Shown here: positions 51,684 to 60,500 of the stretch, piece by piece
Layout: each line of letters begins with the position of its first letter
Position numbering within the stretch: position 1 is the first letter of the stretch
Translations under genes and position numbers: made by a program
Source: Octopus bimaculoides
Lineage: Eukaryota
Length of the DNA: 60,500 nt
NCBI RefSeq assembly: GCF_001194135.2
Contig: NC_068989.1
Span: 20,397,642-20,458,141, forward strand
Direction: 5' to 3'
The notes under the pieces: model-generated
Told to the model about the DNA's origin: nothing
Databases searched by the model: none
Seen by the model: only the letters and a program-made list of their open reading frames with translations

Positions 51684-52237
51684 NTAATAATGTAGTACCA
51701 GGCAGTGGCTCTCATGGCTTCTGATCTTAATTAATTGGAAGTGTTATCGTGTACATTGTTTTGCCTTGGTATAAAAGATGGGCTACAGCAAATATTCTGC
51801 TCAATATCACAGATTTGCCTGTCAGTTGTTTGAACTTAACCAGTTGAGCATGTCCCTTGGTGGCTGACGATATGTGCATCTCTGATCATGAGCAGAAGTA
51901 GTGGGGGAGCATCATAGCCATGTGTTGAGAGGAATTCTTTGGGGGTTGAATAATTCACCTTTGGAAACATGCGTGTTTTGCTGAACATCCTTAAACAAAC
52001 CTTATTCAGGGACCTTTTGAGCGGGATGGGCTACTCGACCCGAAGAAAATTCTAACTGAGCCCCACCTGCGAGGTCATGCGCTGTTTACCTTGATACGAG
52101 ACCACCATGTCACCCACATATGGTTGTAATGCGTGTGCCTAGTGTACCCTTATCAGACGGGTAGTCATGATGGGTATAATGGGCTTCGTATATTTTACCC
52201 CAGTGTCACTTTGATGGCATGCACTGCTTTCTCACTC

Positions 52238-52238
<1 letters not shown>
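51684..52238 (-). mobile_element. Non-coding interspersed element flanked by (TAA)n
   Basis: GC-richer 550-bp unit with no supported ORF; minus 3' end GCCACTGCCTGGTACTACATTATTA matches the motif at 11600-11690. Confidence 0.55.
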
Positions 52239-52296
<58 letters not shown>

Positions 52297-52554
52297 TAAT
52301 AATTGGTACGTGGGTGTTCAGTGTCTCCCACGATAAGTTAACTTCTAAGTACCAAAGCTTAATAACTTGCAGAAAGAGACCCTCTGAGACCGCTGACAAT
52401 AGGTTGCTGTCTGCTCTCATATAACCAAACAGATCAATAAGACCAAAAACTTTGAGAAGTAAAATAATAATAATAATAATAATAATAATGATGATGATGA
52501 TGACGATGATGATGACGATGATGATGTTGATGATGATAATGATGATGATGATGA

Positions 52555-53120
52555 TCTTTGCTGCCCAAGAATAAGCTTTTCGAACCAACTCAATCAAATG
52601 TAGCACCGATAAGACAGCAGTATCGCGTATGTGTAGATTATGTAAAAAATCATTTGTGACATATAATTAGTTCATGATAAGACCTGGCCCAAGTAGAGCA
52701 GAAAACGCTATGACAAAGTGGAATTGCGAATACACTACGAGTTGTGCAGGACGTATGGGCTAGAATGTTCCAACAAATGATAAGAGCACTAACCTTTGCC
52801 AGTAGAAGTGAATGATGATGTGAAACGCAAATGGGACATGTCAACCTATACAGATAAGAAGCTGCAACCTAACTCGTCAGATATCACAATCCTGAAGACG
52901 GAGTCTAAAGAATGGACCTTCATCAACGTATCAAAGCGAGAAGTTCCAAGACGTAGTATTGGAAAAGAAATGCATCCATAGAGCCTCAAAAAAGTTAGTG
53001 TGACACCTGTGATCGGTGCACATGGGGCCATCTCAAAGGAAGCAATATTCTGGCATTAAAAGCTACTTTATAGGAAGTACACAGCTGTCAACGATACTTG
53101 GAACAGCACAATGTGTTGAG
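52555..53120 (+). mobile_element. 5'-truncated R4/Dong-type element (CCHC + RLE)
   Basis: IFAAQE*..RTN...DKT...CRLCKK; VEVNDDVKRKWDMSTYTDKKLQPNSSDITIL; VIGAHGAI. Confidence 0.8.
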
Positions 53121-53236
53121 TAAAGTGTTGGGCTCTAATCTGCGGAAGGAGCCGAAACATCATATACATAATACAAGAGAAGAAAGGAAAAGACAAAAAC
53201 AAAATGAAAGAAAAAAGAAAAGAGGAAATAATAATG

Positions 53237-53354
<118 letters not shown>

Positions 53355-53424
53355 CAAATTTTGGCACAAGGCCAGCAATTTCAGAGGAGGAGGTAAGTCG
53401 AGATATGGGCTGTGTCAGTATTAA

Positions 53425-54510
53425 GATACTCTCTGCTTCTTTTCTGAAATGGACAAATGTCGAGATAGAGAAATTGGTTAGAACTTGAAAAGCTGCTCAA
53501 AATGCACACTCCAAAAGTAATACCGACAGACTCTACCTACAAAGAAAGGAAAGAAGCAGGTGATTAATAAATTCCCAAGAGGCCGTTAGTACAGCGATAA
53601 TAGGGTCGAAAAATTATGCTGTGCGGAGTGACGTATGAATACTATCGACAACTAGATATGCTCAAAAAGTTACTAATAGGAGAGTTCAAGAAGAAAGACC
53701 ACAGAGCATGCAAATAGAAAGAAATGGAATTACATAGTCAATTCATGCATCAGATCAAGAGCGCTGGTAGTACAGAATGCTGGATCTGGCTGACGGATGG
53801 AAAACTGAAACGAGAAACCGAAAAGCTAACTATAGTCTCTCAGTACAAGCTATTAAAACGAATCGGATGAAGGCAAAGATCGACAAAACCCCGTCAGAGA
53901 GCAAATGTATAATCTGCAGGCCTGGAGACGAATGCATCAACCATCTCTTGAGTTGGTGTAGTAAGCTAGTGCTCCCAAAATGTATAAGCGCAGGCATGAC
54001 TGAGTAGGTAAAAGAGTGTATCGGGATATTTACTGAGTGTGTGACTTCGAAATAACAAGAAAATGGTATGAACACTAACCAGAGGCTTTGATTGAGAGCG
54101 AGAAGTATAGAATCTTAAGGGACTCTCACATAAAGACTGACCATATTATCGAAGCAGGAAGAGCAGATATGATTATAAAGGGCAAAAATAATAAGCAGTG
54201 TAAAATCAAAGACTTTGCAATTCTCTATGAAAACAGAGTCGATACCAAAGAAATTGAGAAAAATATCAGAATCCAACCAGAGAGCTGAAGAGACCGTAGA
54301 AGGCTAAGACAACAATTATTCCTGTGGTAATTGATGCGCTTGCGGCAATACCCAAAATGCTTCTTAAAAGAGTGAAAGACATTGAAATTAAGATTCGCAT
54401 TGTCGAAATGTAGAGAAGTTCTATAATTTGCAAGATCCTATAATCTACAAGAATCCAAAGAACGATTATTGAGATTTGAGGAGACTTGTCACCAACACCC
54501 AAGATAATAT
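53425..54510 (+). mobile_element. R4/Dong-type element 3' portion (thumb, CCHC, RLE)
   Basis: KWTNVEIEKL; HSKSNTDRLYLQRKE; QAIKTN...KIDKTPSESKCIICRPGDECINHLLSWCSKL; IKTDHIIEAGRADMII; IIPVVIDAL. Confidence 0.88.
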
Positions 54511-54559
54511 TCCTGTTAATTAAATTAACATGTACTATCTTGGTAATGATAATAATAAA

Positions 54560-55370
54560 TATATCACCAGTTACAGATGATTAAATTCAAACTGTTCACA
54601 AAAATGAAAGTATCTGGATTCTTTGATCCAAACAGGAAGAATATTTAGCACGAATACTAGTATGTAGTTTAAGGCAAATAAGTGTGTAGTTTTATTTATG
54701 AAGCGAAGCTGAATGATTGAATTTGATGGTATAAGATTACCAGAAGATGCGAGTGAGAAGTAATAATGGATACAAAAACCTGAGGAAGCTGCAAGACGAT
54801 AATTTAATGGAAAGGGAAATAAGAGAAAAAGTTTCAAAAGTGTACAAAAGAAAGAATTGAAAGGTGCTAGAAACTAAATAAAAAGGAAGGAATATTATCA
54901 AAGCATGGGTGATAGTAGTATTAAAACATACAACTCTTAAAGATAGAGCTGCAGGAATAAAGCGGAAGAACTATAAAGCTTGTCATAATGCACAACACCC
55001 ACTACTCTAAATGTGATTACGACAGTTTCTACTAAGTAAGGCGTTAAAGGTTTGTTGCACTATTAGGTTTGGAAAACTGTGTGGTACATTGCAAAGAAAC
55101 GATACTGTCTGCGGTTACAAAAATCCCACAAAAACCTAAAATAGTAGGAGAATTAAAGACTAGAAGACCGAATGACAGGACAAATAGATGGAAACAAACC
55201 GAGCATATTTGACGGAAAGGACGTTAGTTGTGATTGACAGATGGAAACCTGAAACGTAAAATGAAATCGATAATTAAAACCTCTCAGTAAAGAGCTAGTA
55301 GAACGAGTTTGATAAAGACAAAGATTGATAAAACTCAGTCAAAGAGCAAAGACATAATCACTGAAAAAGC
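54560..55370 (+). mobile_element. Further R4/Dong-type RT fragment
   Basis: Degenerate H.L.M..FKLFTK, LDSLIQTGRIFS, KCVVLFMKR..MIEFDGIRLP. Confidence 0.65.
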
Positions 55371-55379
55371 GGACAAAAA

Positions 55380-55585
55380 TATTGGTTTCAAATTTTGGCT
55401 CAAGTCCAGCAATTTCGAGGGAGGGGTAATTCGATTACATAAACCCTAGCACTCAACTGGGTCTTATTTTATCAACCTCGATAATATGAAATACAAAGCC
55501 GACCTCGGTGGAATTTGAACTCAGAACGTAAAGACGGACGAAATACCGCTAAGCACTTTGTCAGGTGTGCTTACGATTCAGCTAG
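55380..55585 (-). mobile_element. tRNA-derived SINE (family of 16372)
   Basis: AAAGCCGACCTCGGTGGAATTTGAACTCAGAACGTAAAGACGGACGAAATACCGCTAAGCA. Confidence 0.85.
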
Positions 55586-55675
55586 TGGGGGAGTGGAAGT
55601 GGACAAAGATATTAACCATGTCTTAAATGTAGTAAGCTCATACAAAATGAGTATACGTGCAGACATGTCATATCG

Positions 55676-56127
55676 TTAAGTTGGTTTTTGAATATAATAC
55701 ACCTGTTAGCGTATATTATAATGGACGTAGGGTTGATTATGGAATGTTTATTATGTTTATATTTTTAATAATATTTTTCTATCTTTATATAATAAGTATT
55801 TTATATACATTCATTTGTTATTTATTGTTGGTTGATATATACATTCTTTTATTATTATTGTTGTATTTTGACCTAAATATTAGCTATATTTTTGAATAGA
55901 ATTGATTTTCGATAGTTTTAATTGATTTTAATCGATTTAAATTTTCTTTCTATTTGAAAATTGGTTATGAAACATGTGTATTCGTTTTATTATCTTTATC
56001 TTATGATATTTACTTTGTTTTATATTATATTTATTTATTGTGCTTTTACTTATTAATTTTTCTATATGTGACAGAGTAGTTTCATCGATGAGTTCATGAA
56101 CCTTGGTTCTTTTCCCTAAAACTATAT
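55676..56127 (+). repeat. Dispersed repeat copy 2 (pLTR-like) with decayed HHR at 55869-55984
   Basis: Aligns to 25830-26286; core reads CTAAATA...GAAACATGTGTA. Confidence 0.9.
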
Positions 56128-57349
56128 NNNNNNNNNNNNNNNNNNNNNNNNNNNNNNNNNNNNNNNNNNNNNNNNNNNNNNNNNNNNNNNNNNNNNNNNN
56201 NNNNNNNNNNNNNNNNNNNNNNNNNNNNNNNNNNNNNNNNNNNNNNNNNNNNNNNNNNNNNNNNNNNNNNNNNNNNNNNNNNNNNNNNNNNNNNNNNNNN
56301 NNNNNNNNNNNNNNNNNNNNNNNNNNNNNNNNNNNNNNNNNNNNNNNNNNNNNNNNNNNNNNNNNNNNNNNNNNNNNNNNNNNNNNNNNNNNNNNNNNNN
56401 NNNNNNNNNNNNNNNNNNNNNNNNNNNNNNNNNNNNNNNNNNNCTATATATATATATAGCTACATAATTATATGTATATATATCTATACACTCACAGATA
56501 CACATATACATACATACAAATATGTATGTATGTATATATTTATGTAACCCCAAATAACATGTTTAGTTTTGAGAATTTTTAGAAAATTTTCGTGAATTTG
56601 TATTTTACACACGGGAATTCATTTGATTATGCAAAATCTCCACCAAAGTTTTTGGTCTGTGATTTAAAGCCTATTTAGATGTTATTTTCAGAACATCCCA
56701 CATATAAAAACACAGCTCTTCAATACAACTAAATGAATATAATGAGGCCCTAGGTACATGCAATCACCGCTTTTTCCATACCTTGAAATTTTACCAGAAA
56801 TTTAAATGCATCCTAAATAGCCACACAGCACCTATCCTGAACACCACTTAGGTATTCCCCACTAGTCTAGTTGACTTTCCATTAATTTTTTAAATTTCTA
56901 ATCTTATTTTAATTATTTAATACAACACAAATGGGCGCGCATATGCGTACTTATGCGGATGTATGTGCGTATGTATATGTGTGTGTGTGTGCGTGTATGT
57001 GTGTGTACGTGTGCATGTATGCATGCATATGTGCGCACGTGTATGCGTATATGCATGTATTTATGGGTATTCGTGTGTGTGCATATATACATATGTATCT
57101 TTATGTATTTATATGCATGAATTGTACATGTATGTATATATGTGCATGCGTATGTATGTATATGTATATACATGTATATGTATGTGTGTGTGTATGTGTA
57201 TATATATGCATGCAAGCGTACGGGTTTAAATTCACAAGTACGCAAGCCTATATAAATAATACATACACACGCATATATGTACAAGTATGCGTGTGTATAT
57301 ATCGATATGCACTTCTTTCTTTCTCTCTGATTCCTCTACCCACACTATC

Positions 57350-58120
57350 ACATGACCCAGTAGAATAAACGCATAAGACTATTTATAGACACGTGACCAT
57401 TCTTGGTATTCTTCCTTTCCGTTTTGTAGTTTACTACTTACTTTAAGACCCCCCTCCTATACCTTTTTCTGTACCCATCCCTTAATGCCATTCTAACACA
57501 TCATCCTATCTCACACACCTCACACATTAATTACTTACATTCTTCCTCTTCCCAATCCTCCCCTACTCCTCTCCTCTCCTATTATCATGACCACCAATTA
57601 ACACTCCTTTCATTTTTTTACTTTCTTACACTTTTTCATTTTCTCTTTCCTTTCTTTCCTTGTTTTTTTTTCACCTTTTCCTTTGACCTCTCTCTTCATT
57701 TTAACACACACACATCTCTTCTCCCCTTTCTATCCATTTAATAACACCACTACATTCTCTAATTTTCATTCCCACCACAAAACCACTTTCAATGAACACT
57801 TTCCATTTGTGATGACAAAATATGAACTCCTATTGGAATTTACATACCACGGACATTTCTACCACTTCTACACATCACTTTCTTTGGATAATGGAAATGC
57901 AACTATCCATTTTTATTTTTATTTCTATATTCATCCTCCTATTTCCCTATATACTCCTTATTTGGTTCCTTTTCCAAAATAACTCCTCATATTGAATTCT
58001 AATATTTTCCTCTAATTAACCATATCGCATCGTCTCTGGTGAAGGAATATCCCTAATATCCCAGAAACAGCTGCAAGACTAACCTGAAGATTCCACACAG
58101 CCTTGGCTTTGTTGTCTCAT
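57350..58120 (+). mobile_element. PLE pLTR-like pyrimidine-rich tail with degenerate HHR
   Basis: Pyrimidine-rich tract ending in GTCT-CTGGTGA-A...GAAACAGCTGCA-AGAC. Confidence 0.55.
58032..58079 (+). ncRNA. Degenerate minimal hammerhead ribozyme
   Basis: GUCU-CUGGUGA-AGGAAUAU(cccua)AUAUCCCA-GAAA-CAGCUG-CA-AGAC; A6>G and U16.1>C, probably inactive. Confidence 0.6.
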
Positions 58121-58491
58121 TTTATTTAACACACACACGCATATATATGCATATATATATATATATATATATATATANNNNNNNNNNNNNNNNNNNNNNN
58201 NNNNNNNNNNNNNNNNNNNNNNNNNNNNNNNNNNNNNNNNNNNNNNNNNNNNNNNNNNNNNNNNNNNNNNNNNNNNNNNNNNNNNNNNNNNNNNNNNNNN
58301 NNNNNNNNNNNNNNNNNNNNNNNNNNNNNNNNNNNNNNNNNNNNNNNNNNNNNNNNNNNNNNNNNNNNNNNNNNNNNNNNNNNNNNNNNNNNNNNNNNNN
58401 NNNNNNNNNNNNNNNNNNNNNNNNNNNNNNNNNNNNNNNNNNNNNNNNNNNNNNNNNNNNNNNNNNNNNNNNNNNNNNNNNNNNNNNNNNN

Positions 58492-58541
<50 letters not shown>

Positions 58542-58847
58542 GTGTGGGGGGACATAAATACATACACACACATACACATATATATATATGTATATACACA
58601 TGTATGTATGTATGTATGTATGCATGCATGTACGTATGTATGTATATATGTATGTATGCATGCATGTATGTATGTATGCATGCGTGTGTGTGTATGCATG
58701 TATGTGTATGTGTGCGTATGTATATATGTATGTATGCGTGTACGTTTGCATGTATTTTTCATATTTATGTGTTTTTGTGTTCGTGTTTGTGTGTTGTTAT
58801 GTGTGTGTGTGTGTGTGTGTTTGCATGTGTGTGTATGTGTTTAACTC

Positions 58848-59930
58848 TGTCTGATAGAACTACTCGGGATCTTCGTCTTCAAAACCTCAAACAACGCTTA
58901 CTGAAAGACAATATCCACCCTCACTCATAGACGTGGGAATTAAACGTGCCAAAAAATTAGACATACAAACACTAAGAACAACAAAACGTAACACCACACC
59001 TCATCTCAAAACATTACTATTCATATCAACACACAACCCCAGAAACTGTCAGGCATTCAACACTATTGTGCAAAATCTTCCTTTACTAAATAGAGATCCA
59101 TAAATGAACGACATCCTGAAAACGCACAAAATCATCAAATGCAAAAAGCAACACAAATCGCTAAAGAGACTGCTAACAAATGCAAAGCTTTACAGGACGC
59201 CCAAACCGTGGAACCTGCCCCAACTTACTTGAAGGCTCGGATTTCCTTTTCAAACGAGGACAGAGGTTCACAATTGAAACTAGTTCCACTTGTGCCTCTG
59301 AGAACCCAATTTATGTAATAACCTGCTCGGGTTGCGGACACAACTATATTGGACAGACGAGGATGACCTTGAGACGGAGAACCACTCTACATAAAGAGCA
59401 AATCCGTTTCCCGCAATACAGGCAAATTCTCTTCTGTGAACGTATAGAAAAATGTGCAGATAACATCAACCCAAATTTCACAGTCTTCCCCTTCTACCAG
59501 TGCAAACATACAACCTCTCCACAAGAACGTTTAAATAAAGAAACTTTTTTCATTGAAAAATGCAGAACACGTCTTAATATGCACGCATAGCCATCTTTTA
59601 CATATTTTAATTCACGATTACATCACTGCACATAAATCTCCTCATTAAACAAGTTTTTCGAAACTTTTTTTTTGTGTGTATATATATATATTCCCCTCTC
59701 CTTACCGAAAGCCGAACTGTTACCTCCCTTGCCCAAAACAACAACAGTAATAACGATAACCAATTACGTCCCCTTATTTTTCTACTTGTGAAGTCATTCA
59801 CTCGTAAATATCATCACACACAACATGGACAAAAATTTCTTGTTAAGAAAATACATACTCACATAAGTAAACTTTAATATCATGAATAGCGAACGCGAAA
59901 CCGGTAGATATATTAAAAATGATATTAAAA
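58848..59930 (+). mobile_element. Penelope-like element 3' part: RT thumb/linker, GIY-YIG endonuclease, pLTR
   Basis: SDRTTRDLRLQNLKQRLL; HNPRN; KSLKRLLTNA; ORF 59180-59590 GRPNRGTCP...SSTCASENPIYVITCSGCGHNYIGQTRMTLRRRTTLHKEQIR...ERLNKETFFI...LN. Confidence 0.92.
59877..59911 (+). ncRNA. Minimal hammerhead ribozyme with A3:U8 core variant
   Basis: AUAUC-AUGAAUA-GCG(aa)CGC-GAAA-CCGG-UA-GAUAU; 5-bp helix I, palindromic ACCGGU helix III, GUA triplet. Confidence 0.7.
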
Positions 59931-60029
59931 CTATGTTGAAGTGTGTGTATTTTCCCTTTTTAATTTCTTATGTATATATATTACAACTCACTACGTGGGG
60001 ATAATCGAAATTCTTCCTTTTCTGTTACC

Positions 60030-60031
60030 AC

Positions 60032-60077
<46 letters not shown>

Positions 60078-60143
60078 TGTGTGTTTGTGTGTATGTTATA
60101 CATTCATACATATATATATATGTATATATACATATATAAATAA

Positions 60144-60211
<68 letters not shown>

Positions 60212-60410
60212 GTGGGGGTGTCATGAATTAGAGTCTTGCCTTTTTGTAGTCTCTGTTGGGTTAAGATCATCTTTGGGTGTGCAAGCAACACACACACATA
60301 TATACACACACATACACACACACACGCATGTGCGCTGACTCACACACACACATGCACACAGGCACATGCACCCACCCACCTACACAACCACACACACACA
60401 CACACAAAGA
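60030..60410. repeat. Compound (TG)n/(TA)n/(CA)n microsatellites
   Basis: Direct inspection. Confidence 0.9.
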
Positions 60411-60500
60411 TAATTTTGATTCAAGAAAGACTAACCCTGATGCATTGCACTCCGACGATGACTTAGCTGTCAACAACATTGTTGTATAATAATAATAATA

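Overview
Eukaryotic, AT-rich, repeat-saturated draft-assembly DNA with many N gaps abutting microsatellites. The SINE families and repeat landscape look like an octopod cephalopod genome (inference, not verified). I cannot support any intact host protein-coding gene. The recognisable coding signal is all decayed transposable elements: Tc1/mariner (two mariner-like families, DD37D/maT, DD41D-like), a pogo/POGK-like element, a hAT Charlie fragment, many R4/Dong-type RLE retrotransposon fragments in trinucleotide microsatellites, RTE, L1/Tx1 and CR1-like pieces, and Penelope-like elements (PLEs), plus tRNA-derived SINEs and fold-back MITEs. The most interesting signal is non-coding. At least six to nine type I hammerhead ribozyme (HHR) motifs from several unrelated families occur in 60 kb, most with a different palindromic helix III. 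They include one inside a tRNA-headed SINE-like element (43169-43559), one with an apparently compensatory A3:U8 catalytic core at the end of a PLE (59877-59911), and one with an ~89-nt helix II that appears antisense to its PLE ORF (26026-26141). A (TTAGGG)7 tract flanked by a perfect 19-bp duplication sits inside the pogo transposase (3966-4045), the expected footprint of telomerase-mediated break repair. All calls come from reading the sequence by eye; no alignments or folding programs were run.
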